From the NCBI RefSeq assembly GCF_009914755.1, contig NC_060946.1: 64,000 nucleotides of DNA. The stretch is one strand, 5' to 3'. Positions within the stretch are counted from its first letter, which is position 1. Each line of letters begins with the position of its first letter. The notes under the pieces were generated by a model. It was not told the origin of the DNA, searched no databases, and was given only the letters and a program-made list of their open reading frames with translations. Shown piece by piece: positions 52,801 through 64,000 of the stretch. The stretch comes from the human T2T-CHM13v2.0 reference genome, Homo sapiens. Both the position numbers and the translations under genes were made by a program.

Positions 52801-55600
52801 TTTCTGAGAATGTTTCTGTCTAGTGGTTATGGGAAGATATTTGCTTTTTCACCTTAGGCCTCAGATCGCTCCAAATATCCACTTGCACATACTACAAAAA
52901 GAGTGCTTCAAAGCGGCTCTCTGAACCGCAATGTTCAATTCTATGAGTTGAATGCAAACATCACAAAGACGTTTCTGAGAATGCTTCTGTCTAGATTTGA
53001 TATGAAGATATTCCCGTTTCCAACGAAATCTTCAAATCTATCCAAATGTCCACTTGCAGATTCAACAAAATGAGTTTTTCAGAACTGCTCTATCAAAAGG
53101 AAGATCCACCTCTGTTAGCTGAGTTCACACATCACAAACAAGTTTATGAGAATGCTTCTGTCTAGTTTTTATTTGAAGATATTTCCTTTCTCACCATAGA
53201 CCTGAAAGCTGTCCTAATGTTCACTCCCAGATACTACAGAAAGAGTGTTTCAAAACTGCTGTACGAAAGGGAATGTTCAACTCTGTGACTTGAATGCACA
53301 CATCACAAAGAAGATTCTGAGGATGCTGCTGTCTACTTTTTATACGTAATCCCGTTTCCAACGAAATCCTCCAAGCTATCCAAATATCCACTTGCAGATT
53401 CCACAGAAAGACTGTTTCAAAACTGCTCTGTCAATAGAAAAGTTCAACTCTGTTAGCTGCGTGCATATATCCCAAAGAAGATTCTGAGATTGCTTCTGTC
53501 TAGTTTTTATGGGAAGATATTTCCCCTTTCACCGTAGGCGTCAAGGCACTCCAAATGTCCACTTCCAGATACTACAAAAAGAGTGTTTCAAACCTCCTCT
53601 GTGGAAGGGAATATTCAACTCTGTGACTAGAATGCAGATATCACAAAGAAGTTTCTGAGAATGCTTCTGTCGAGATTTTATATGAAGATATTCCCGTTTC
53701 CAACGAAATCCTGAAATCTATCCAAATATCCCCTCGCAGATTCTACAAAAAGAGTGTTTCAACACTGCTCTGTAAAAAGAAAGGTTCAACTCTGTTAGTT
53801 AAGTACACACATCACAAACAAGTTTCACAGAATGCTTCTTTCTAGCTTGTAGGGGAAGATATTTCCTTTATCACCATGGGCCTCAAACCGTCCGAAACGT
53901 CCACTTCCATATACTAAAAAAAGAGTGTTTCAAACCTGCTCTATGAAAGGCAATGTTCAACTCTGTGACTTGAATACAGACATCACAGAGCAGTTTCTGA
54001 GAATGCTTCTGTCCAGACTTTATAGGAAGATATTCCCGTTTCCAACGAAATCTTCACAGCTATCCAAATATCCACTTGCAGATTCTACAACAAGAGTGTA
54101 TCAAAAATGCTCTGTCAAAAGGAAAGTTCTTCTCTGCTAGTTGAGTACATACGTCATAAAGAAGTTTCTGAGAATGTTCCTGTCTAGTGGTTATGGGAAG
54201 ATATTTGCTTTTTCCCCGTAAGCCTCAAAGCGCTCCAAATGTCCACTTGCACATACTACAAAAAGAGTGCTTCAAAGCTGCTCTCTGAAAGGGAATGTTC
54301 AACTCTATGAGTTGAATGCTAACATCACAAAGACGTTTCTGAGAATGCGTCTGTCTAGATTTGATATGAAGATATTCCCGTTTCCAACGAAATCTTCAAA
54401 TCTATCCAAATGTCCACTTGTAGATTCAACAAAGTGTTTTTCAAAACTGCTGTATCAAAAGAAAGATCCACCTCTGTTAGCTGAGTTCACACTTCACAAA
54501 CAAGTTTATCAGAATTCTTCTGTCTATTTTTTATTTGAAGATATAGCCTTTCTCACTATAGACATGAAAGCTCTCCTAAAGTTCACTTCCAGATACTTCA
54601 GAAAGAGTGTTTCAAAACTGCTGTACGAAAGGGAATGTTCAACTCTGTGACTTGAATGCACACATTACAAGGAAGTTTCTGTGGATGCTGCTGTCTAATT
54701 TTTATACGTAATCCCGTTTCCAACGAAATCCTCCAAGCTATCCAAATATCCACTTGCAGATTCCACAGAAAGACTGTTTCAAAACTGCTCTGTCAATAGA
54801 AAGGTTCAACTCTGTTAGCTGCGTGCATATATCCCAAAGAAGATTCTGAGATTGCTTCTGTCTAGTTTTTGTGGGAAGATATTTCCCTTTTCACCGTAGG
54901 TGTCAAGGCGCTCCAAATGTCCACTTCCAGATACTACACAAAGAGTGTTTCAAACCTACTCTGTGAAAGGGAATATTCAACTCTGTGACTTGAATGCAGA
55001 TATCACAATGAAGTTTCTGAGAATGCTTCTGTCGAGATTTTATATGAAGATATTTCCGTTTCCAACAAAATCCTGAAATCTCTCCAAATATCCCCTCGCA
55101 GATTCTACAAAAAGAGTGTTTCAAAACTGCTCTGTAAAAAGAAAGGTTCAACTCTGTTAGTTGAGTACACACATCACAAACAAGTTTCACAGAATGCTTC
55201 TTTCTAGCTTGTAGGGGAAGATATTCCCTTTAACACCATGGGCCTCAAACCGTCTGAAACGTCCACTTCCATATACTACAAAAAGAGCGTTTCAAACCTG
55301 CTCTATGAAAGGCAATGTTCAACTCTGTGACTTGAATGCAGACATCACAGAGCAGTTTCTGAGAATGCTTCTGTCTAGGTTTTATAGGAAGATATTCCCT
55401 TTTCCAACGAAATCTTCCAAGCTATCCAAATATCCACTTGCAGATTCTACAAAAAGAGTGTATCAAAACTGCTCTGTCAAAAGGAAGGTTCTCCTCTGTT
55501 AGTTGAGTACATACGTCATAAAGGAGTTTCTGAGAATGTTTCTGTCTAGTGGTTATGGGAAGATATTTGCTTTTTCACCTTAGGCCTCAGAGCGCTCCAA
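44950..55600. repeat. Diverged sub-array: about four tandem 2726-bp (16-monomer) units
   Basis: Diagnostic variants every 2726 bp: GTCCAGACTTT (~45835, 48561, 51287, 54013), GAATTC (46334, 49060, 51786, 54512), ATTTCCGTTTCCAACAAAA (46876, 49602, 52328, 55054); 127-aa ORFs at 46089, 48815, 51541, 54267. Confidence 0.92.
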
Positions 55601-56399
55601 ATATCCACTTGCACATGCTACAAAAAGAGTGCTTCAAAGCTGCTCTCTGAAAGGGAATGTTCAACTCTATGAGTTGAATGCAAACATCACAAAGACGTTT
55701 CTGAGAATGCTTCTGTCTAGATTTGATATGAAGATATTCCCGTTTCCAACGAAATCTTCAAATCTATCCAAATGTCCACTTGCAGATTCAACAAAAAGTG
55801 TTTTTCAAAACTGCTGTATCAAAAGAAAGATCCACGTCTGTTAGCTGAGTTCACACATCACAAACAAGTTTATGAGAATGCTTCTGTCTAGTTTTTATTT
55901 GAAGATATTTCCTTTCTCACCATAGACCTGAAAGCTGTCCTAATGTTCACTTCCAGATACTACAGAAAGAGTGTTTCAAAACTGCTGTACGAAAGGGAAT
56001 GTTCAACTCTGTGACTTGAATGCACACATCACAAAGAAGTTTCTGAGGATGCTGCTGTCTACTTTTTATACGTAATCCCGTTTCCAACGAAATCCTCCAA
56101 TCTATCCAAATATCCACTTACAGATTCCACAGAAAGACTGTTTCAAAACTGCTCTGTCAATAGAAATGTTCAACTCTGTTAGCTGCGTGCATATATCCCA
56201 AAGAAGATTCTGAGATTGCTTCTGTCTAGTTTTTATGGGAAGATATTTCCCTTTTCACCGTAGGCGTCAAGGCGCTCCAAATGTCCACTTCCAGATACTA
56301 CAAAAAGAGTGTTCCAAACCTACTCTGTGAAAGGGAATATTCAACTCTGTGACTTGAATGCACATATCACAAAGAAGTTTCTGAGAATGCTTCTGTCGA

Positions 56400-59300
56400 G
56401 ATTTTATATGAAGATATTCCCGTTTCCAAAGAAATCCTGAAATCTATCCAAATATCCCCTCGTAGATTCTACAAAAAGAGTGTTTCAAAACTGCTCTGTA
56501 AAAAGAAAGGTTCAACTCTGTTACTTGACTACACACATCACAAACAAGTTTCACAGAATGCTTCTTTCTAGCTTGTAGGGGAAGATATTCCCTTTATCAC
56601 CATGGGCCTCAAACCGTCCGAAACGTCCACTTCCATATACTACAAAAAGAGCGTTTCAAACCTGCTCTATGAAAGGCAATGTTCAACTCTGTGACTTGAA
56701 TGCAGACATCACAGAGCTGTTTCTGAGAATGCTTCTGTCTAGATTTTATAGGAAGATATTCCCGTTTCCAACGAAATCTTCACAGCTATCCAAATATCCA
56801 CTTGCAGATTCTACAAAAAGAGTGTATCAAAACTGCTCTGTCAAAAGGAAGGTTCTTTTCTGTTAGGTGAGTGCATACGTCACAAAGGAGTTTCTGAGAA
56901 TGTTTCTGTCTAGTGGTTATGGGAAGATATTTGCTTTTTCACCGTAGGCCTCAAAGCGCTCCAAATGTCCACTTGCACATACTACAAAAAGAGTGCTTCA
57001 AAGCTGCTCTCTGAAACGGAATGTTCAACTCTATGAGTTGAATGCAAACATCACAAAGACGTTTCTGAGAATGCTTCTGTCTAGATTTGATATGAAGATA
57101 TTCCCGTTTCCAACGAAATCTTCAAATCTATCCAAATGTCCATTTGCAGATTCAACAAAATGTGTTTTTCAGAACTGCTCTATCAAAAGAAAGATCCACC
57201 TCTGTTAGCTGAGCTCACACATCACAAACAAGTTTATGAGAATGCTTCTGTCTAGTTTTTATTTGAAGATATTCCCTTTCTCACCATAGACCTGTAAGCT
57301 GTCCTAATGTTCACTTCCAGATACTACAGAAAGAGTGTTTCAAAACTGCTGTACGAAAGGGAATGTTCAACTCTGTGACTTGAATGCACACATCACAAAG
57401 AAGTTTCTGAGGATGCTGCTGTCTACTTTTTATACGTAATCCCGTTTCCAACGAAATCCTCCAATCTATCCAAATATCCACTTGCAGATTCCACAGAAAG
57501 ACTGTTTCAAAACTGCTGTGTCTATAGAAAGGTTCAACTCTGTTAGCTGCGTGCATATATCCCAAAGAAGATTCTGAGATTGCTTCTGTCTAGTTTTTAT
57601 GGGAAGATATTTCCCTTTTCACCGTAGGCGTCAAGGCGCTCCAAATGTCCACTTCCAGATACTACAAAAAGAGTGTTTCAAACCTACTCTGTGAAAGGGA
57701 ATATTCAACTCTGTGACTTGAATGCAGATATCACAAAGAAGTTTCTGAGAATGCTTCTGTCGAGATTTTATATGAAGATATTCCCGTTTCCAATGAAATC
57801 CTGAAATCTATCCAAATATCCCCTCGCAGATTCTACAAAAAGAGTGTTTCAAAACTGCTGTGTAAAAAGAAAGGTTCAACTCTGTTAGTTGAGTACACAC
57901 ATCACAAACAAATTTCACAGAATGATTCTTTCTAGCTTGTAGGGGAAGATATTTCCTTTATCACCATGGGCCTCAAACCGTCCGAAACGTCCACTTCCAT
58001 ATACTACAAAAAGAGTGTTTGAAACCTGCTCTATGAAAGGCAATGTTCAACTCTGTGACTTGAATGCAGACATCACAGAGCAGTTTCTGAGAATGCTTCT
58101 GTCCAGACTTTATAGGAAGATATTCCGGTTTCCAACGAAATCTTCACAGCTATCCAAATATCCACTTGCAGATACTACAAAAAGAATGTATCAAAAATGC
58201 TCTGTCAAAAGGAAAGTTCTTCTCTGCTAGTTGAGTACATACGTCATAAAGAAGTTTCTGAGAATGTTTCTGTCTAGTGGTTATGGGAAGATATTTGCTT
58301 TTTCCCCGTAGGCCTCAGAGCGCTCCAAATGTCCACTTGCACATGCTACAAAAAGAGTGCTTCAAAGCTGCTCTCTGAACGGGAATGTTCAACTCTATGA
58401 GTTGAATGTAAACATCACAAAGACGTTTCTGAGAATGCTTCTGTCTAGATTTGATATGAAGATATTCCCGTTTCCAACGAAATCTTCAAATCTATCCAAA
58501 TGTCCACTTGCAGATTCAACAAAAAGTGTTTTTCAAAACTGCTGTATCAAAAGAAAGATCCACGTCTGTTAGCTGAGTTCACACATCACAAACAAGTTTA
58601 TGAGAATGCTTCTGTCTAGTTTTTATTTGAAGATATTTCCTTTCTCACCATAGACATGAAAGCTCTGCTGTTTACTTCCAGATACTACAGAAAGAGTGTT
58701 TCAAAACTGCTGTACGAAAGGGAATGTTCAACTCAGTGACTTGAATGCACACATCACAAAGAAGTTTCTGAGGATGCTACTGTCTACTTTTTATACGTAA
58801 TCCCGTTTCCAACGAAATCCTCCAAGCTATCCAAATATCCACTTGTAGATTCCACAGAAAGACTGTTTCAAAACTGCTCTGTCAATAGAAAGGTTCAACT
58901 CTGTTAGCTGCGTGCATATATCCCAAAGAAGATTCTGAGATTGCTTCTGTCTAGTTTTTATGGGAAGATATTTCCCTTTTCACCGTAGACGTCAAGGCGC
59001 TCCAAATGTCCACTTCCAGATACTACAAAAAGAGTGTTTCAAACCTACTCTGTGAAAGGGAATATTCAACTCTGTGACTTGAATGCAGATATCACAAAGA
59101 AGTTTCTGAGAATGCTTCTGTCGAGATTTTATATGAAGATATTCCCGTTTCCAAAGAAATCCTGAAATCTATCCAAATATCCCCTCGTAGATTCTACAAA
59201 AAGAGTGTTTCAAAACTGCTCTGTAAAAAGAAAGGTTCAACTCTGTTACTTGACTACACACATCACAAACAAGTTTCACAGAATGCTTCTTTCTAGCTTG

Positions 59301-61850
59301 TAGGGGAAGATATTCCCTTTATCACCATGGGCCTCAAACCGTCCGAAACGTCCACTTCCATATACTACAAAAAGAGCGTTTCAAACCTGCTCTATGAAAG
59401 GCAATGTTCAACTCTGTGACTTGAATGCAGACATCACAGAGCTGTTTCTGAGAATGCTTCTGTCTAGATTTTATAGGAAGATATTCCCGTTTCCAACGAA
59501 ATCTTCACAGCTATCCAAATATCCACTTGCAGATTCTACAAAAAGAGTGTATCAAAACTGCTCTGTCAAAAGGAAGGTTCTTTTCTGTTAGGTGAGTGCA
59601 TACGTCACAAAGGAGTTTCTGAGAATGTTTCTGTCTAGTGGTTATGGGAAGATATTTGCTTTTTCACCGTAGGCCTCAAAGCGCTCCAAATGTCCACTTG
59701 CACATACTACAAAAAGAGTGCTTCAAAGCTGCTCTCTGAAACGGAATGTTCAACTCTATGAGTTGAATGCAAACATCACAAAGACGTTTCTGAGAATGCT
59801 TCTGTCTAGATTTGATATGAAGATATTCCCGTTTCCAACGAAATCTTCAAATCTATCCAAATGTCCATTTGCAGATTCAACAAAATGTGTTTTTCAGAAC
59901 TGCTCTATCAAAAGAAAGATCCACCTCTGTTAGCTGAGCTCACACATCACAAACAAGTTTATGAGAATGCTTCTGTCTAGTTTTTATTTGAAGATATTCC
60001 CTTTCTCACCATAGACCTGTAAGCTGTCCTAATGTTCACTTCCAGATACTACAGAAAGAGTGTTTCAAAACTGCTGTACGAAAGGGAATGTTCAACTCTG
60101 TGACTTGAATGCACACATCACAAAGAAGTTTCTGAGGATGCTGCTGTCTACTTTTTATACGTAATCCCGTTTCCAACGAAATCCTCCAATCTATCCAAAT
60201 ATCCACTTGCAGATTCCACAGAAAGACTGTTTCAAAACTGCTGTGTCTATAGAAAGGTTCAACTCTGTTAGCTGCGTGCATATATCCCAAAGAAGATTCT
60301 GAGATTGCTTCTGTCTAGTTTTTATGGGAAGATATTTCCCTTTTCACCGTAGGCGTCAAGGCGCTCCAAATGTCCACTTCCAGATACTACAAAAAGAGTG
60401 TTTCAAACCTACTCTGTGAAAGGGAATATTCAACTCTGTGACTTGAATGCAGATATCACAAAGAAGTTTCTGAGAATGCTTCTGTCGAGATTTTATATGA
60501 AGATATTCCCGTTTCCAACGAAATCCTGAAATCTATCCAAATATCCCCTCGCAGATTCTACAAAAAGAGTGTTTCAAAACTGCTGTGTAAAAAGAAAGGT
60601 TCAACTCTGTTAGTTGAGTACACACATCACAAACAAATTTCACAGAATGATTCTTTCTAGCTTGTAGGGGAAGATATTTCCTTTATCACCATGGGCCTCA
60701 AACCGTCCGAAACGTCCACTTCCATATACTACAAAAAGAGTGTTTGAAACCTGCTCTATGAAAGGCAATGTTCAACTCTGTGACTTGAATGCAGACATCA
60801 CAGAGCAGTTTCTGAGAATGCTTCTGTCCAGACTTTATAGGAAGATATTCCGGTTTCCAACGAAATCTTCACAGCTATCCAAATATCCACTTGCAGATAC
60901 TACAAAAAGAATGTATCAAAAATGCTCTGTCAAAAGGAAAGTTCTTCTCTGCTAGTTGAGTACATACGTCATAAAGAAGTTTCTGAGAATGTTTCTGTCT
61001 AGTGGTTATGGGAAGATATTTGCTTTTTCCCCGTAGGCCTCAGAGCGCTCCAAATGTCCACTTGCACATGCTACAAAAAGAGTGCTTCAAAGCTGCTCTC
61101 TGAACGGGAATGTTCAACTCTATGAGTTGAATGTAAACATCACAAAGACGTTTCTGAGAATGCTTCTGTCTAGATTTGATATGAAGATATTCCCGTTTCC
61201 AACGAAATCTTCAAATCTATCCAAATGTCCACTTGCAGATTCAACAAAAAGTGTTTTTCAAAACTGCTGTATCAAAAGAAAGATCCACGTCTGTTAGCTG
61301 AGTTCACACATCACAAACAAGTTTATGAGAATGCTTCTGTCTAGTTTTTATTTGAAGATATTTCCTTTCTCACCATAGACATGAAAGCTGTGCTGTTTAC
61401 TTCCAGATACTACAGAAAGAGTGTTTCAAAACTGCTGTACGAAAGGGAATGTTCAACTCAGTGACTTGAATGCACACATCACAAAGAAGTTTCTGAGGAT
61501 GCTGCTGTCTACTTTTTATACGTAATCCCGTTTCCAACGAAATCCTCCAAGCTATCCAAATATCCACTTGTAGATTCCACAGAAAGACTGTTTCAAAACT
61601 GCTCTGTCAATAGAAACGTTCAACTCTGTTAGCTGCGTGCATATATCCCAAAGAAGATTCTGAGATTGCTTCTGTCTAGTTTTTATGGGAAGATATTTCC
61701 CTTTTCACCGTAGACGTCAAGGCGCTCCAAATGTCCACTTCCAGATACTACAAAAAGAGTGTTTCAAACCTACTCTGTGAAAGGGAATATTCAACTCTGT
61801 GACTTGAATGCAGATATCACAAAGAAGTTTCTGAGAATGCTTCTGTCGAG
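56400..61850. repeat. Tandem duplication of a 2725-bp two-HOR unit (2 copies)
   Basis: ORF pairs 56669/59394, 56993/59718, 57311/60036, 58015/60740, 58357/61082; shared 3-bp deletion (~58665/61390) and private SNPs (CTCGTAG, TACTTGACTAC, GAGCTGTTT, TTCCGGTTT). Confidence 0.93.
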
Positions 61851-64000
61851 ATTTTATATGAAGATATTCCCGTTTCCAACGAAATCCTGAAATCTATCCA
61901 AATATCCCCTCACAGATTCTACAAAAAGAGTGTTTCAAAACTGCTCTGTAAAAAGAAAGGTTCAACTCTGTTAGTGGAGTACACACATCACAAACAAGTT
62001 TCACAGAATGCTTCTTTCTAGCTTGTAGGGGAAGATATTCCCTTTATCACCATGGGCCTCAAACCGTCCGAAACGTCCACTTCCACATACTACAAAAAGA
62101 GCGTTTCAAACCTGCTCTATGAAAGGCAATGTTCAACTCTGTGACTTGAATGCAGACATCACAGAGCAGTTTCTGAGAATGCTTCTGTCTAGATTTTATA
62201 GGAAGATATTCCCGTTTCCAACGAAATCTTCACAGCTATCCAAATATCCACTTGCAGATTCTACAAAAAGAGTGTATCAAAACTGCTCTGTCAAAAGGAA
62301 GGTTCTTCTCTGTTAGGTGAGTGCATACGTCATAAAGGAGTTTCTGAGAATGTTTCTGTCTAGTGGTTATGGGAAGATATTTGCTTTTTCCCCGTAGGCC
62401 TCAGAGCGCTCCAAATATCCACTTGCACATGCTACAAAAAGAGTGCTTCAAAGCTGCTCTCTGAAAGGGAATGTTCAACTCTATGAGTTGAATGCAAACA
62501 TCACAAAGAAGTTTCTGAGAATGCTTCTGTCTAGATTTGATATGAAGATATTCCCGTTTCCAACGAAATCTTCAAATCTATCCAAATGTCCACTTGCAGA
62601 TTCAACAAAAAGTGTTTTTCAAAACTGCTGTATCAAAAGAAAGATCCACGTCTGTTAGCTGAGTTCACACATCACAAACAAGTTTATGAGAATGCTTCTG
62701 TCTAGTTTTTATTTGAAGATATTTCCTTTCTCACCATAGACCTGAAAGCTGTCCTAATGTTTTCTTCCAGATACTACAGAAAGAGTGTTTCAAAACTGCT
62801 GTACGAAACGGGATGTTCAACTCTGTGACTTGAATGCACACTTCACAAAGAAGTTTCTGAGGATGCTGCTGTCTACTTTTTATACATAATCCCGTTTCCA
62901 ACGAAATCCTCCAAGCTATCCAAATATCCACTTGCAGATTCCACAGAAAGAATGTTTCAAAACTGCTCTGTCAAGAGAAAGGTTCAACTCTGTTAGCTGC
63001 GTGCATATATCCCAAAGAAGATTCTGAGATTGCTTCTGTCTAGTTTTTATGGGAAGATATTTCCCTTTTCACCGTAGGCGTCAAGGCGCTCCAAATGTCC
63101 ACTTCCAGATACTACAAAAAGAGTGTTTCAAACCTAATCTGTGAAAGGGAATATTCAACTCTGTGACTTGAATGCACATATCACAAAGAAGTTTCTGAGA
63201 ATGCTTCTGTCGAGATTTTATGTGAAGATATTCCCGTTTCCAACGAAATCCTGAAATCTATCCAAATATCCCCTCGCAGATTCTACAAAAAGAGTGTTTC
63301 AAAACTGCTCTGTAAAAAGAAAGGTTCAACTCTGTTACTTGAGTACACACATCACAAACAAGTTTCACAGAATGCTTCTTTCTAGCTTGTAGGAGAAGAT
63401 ATTTCCTTTATCACCATGGGCCTCAAACCGTCCGAAACGTCCACTTCCATATACTAAAAAAAGAGTGTTTGAAACCTGCTCTATGAAAGGCAATGTTCAA
63501 CTCTGTGACTTGAATGCAGACATCACAGAGCAGTTTCTGAGAATGCTTCTGTCCAGACTTTATAGGAAGATATTCCCGTTTCCAACGAAATCTTCACAGC
63601 TATCCAAATATCCACTTGCAGATACTACAAAAAGAATGTATCAAAAATGCTCTGTCAAAAGGAAAGTTCTTCTCTGCTAGTTGAGTACATACGTCATAAA
63701 GAAGTTTCTGAGAATGTTTCTGTCTAGTGGTTATGGGAAGATATTTGCTTTTTCCCCGTAGGCCTCAGAGCGCTCCAAATGTCCACTTGCACATGCTACA
63801 GAAAGAGTGCTTCAAAGCTGCTCTCTGAAAGGGAATGTTCAACTCTATGAGTTGAATGTAAACATCACAAAGACGTTTCTGAGAATGCTTCTGTCTAGAT
63901 TTGATATGAAGATATTCCCGTTTCCAACGAAATCTTCAAATCTATCCAAATGTCCACTTGCAGATTCAACAAAGTGTTTTTCAAAACTGCTGTATCAAAA

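Larger units (their letters stand above)
1..64000 (-). repeat. Centromeric alpha-satellite (alphoid) HOR array, about 47 copies of an 8-mer, SF2 dimeric type
   Basis: ~171-bp monomers with alphoid hallmarks (CACAAAGAAGTTTCTGAGAATGCTTCTGTCTAG, TTCAACTCTGTGACTTGAATGCA, CAAATATCCACTTGCAGATTC) across the whole window, as the reverse complement of the usual CATTCTCAGAAAC... consensus. Equivalent ORF ends recur every 1361-1364 bp (987, 2351, 3712, 5074 ... 63680). Confidence 0.99.

Noticed and set aside
772-63680. About 100 short ORFs (60-127 aa, e.g. MKGNVQLCDLNADIT..., MLQSCSLKGNVQ...)
   Set aside because: Chance open frames of alphoid monomers recurring with the HOR period, freely gained, lost or frameshifted by SNPs and indels, many with GTG/TTG starts; no recognisable domain. 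Useful only as positional markers.
1-64000. CRISPR-like repeat/spacer array or a prokaryotic defence system
   Set aside because: Sequence between conserved motifs is itself repeated alphoid DNA, not unique spacers; no cas or other genes.
1-64000. Transposon insertion (L1/Alu), inversion, or monomer-number HOR variants
   Set aside because: Period stays 1361-1364 bp throughout, all boxes lie on one strand, and no non-alphoid sequence, poly-A tail or target-site duplication was seen.
1-64000. Calling this the active kinetochore site (CENP-A domain / centromere dip region)
   Set aside because: That is defined epigenetically and cannot be read from sequence.

Overview
The whole 64-kb window is one uninterrupted, single-orientation array of primate (most likely human) centromeric alpha-satellite DNA, shown as the reverse complement of the usual consensus. 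It holds about 47 head-to-tail copies of an 8-monomer higher-order repeat (HOR; 7x171 + 1x167 = 1364 bp; variants 1361-1363 bp). CENP-B-box monomers alternate with pJalpha-box monomers, the dimeric suprachromosomal-family-2 pattern, best matching the chr14/22 live HOR (D14Z9/D22Z1). That chromosome assignment is from recognition, not from a search. I see no genes, RNA genes, transposons, CRISPR arrays or inversions; all listed ORFs are by-products of the repeat. I found no new gene-encoded system. The non-obvious signal is layered structure above the HOR: (i) two 8-mer haplotypes alternating into a cryptic 2726-bp 16-mer, (ii) a very recent 31-34-kb tandem duplication with a readable junction near 15.8 kb and a 2-HOR indel, (iii) a diverged sub-array in which every second HOR has lost two adjacent CENP-B boxes, (iv) uneven CENP-B box loss by position, and (v) smaller duplications and mosaics. 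All counts were made by eye and need computational confirmation.
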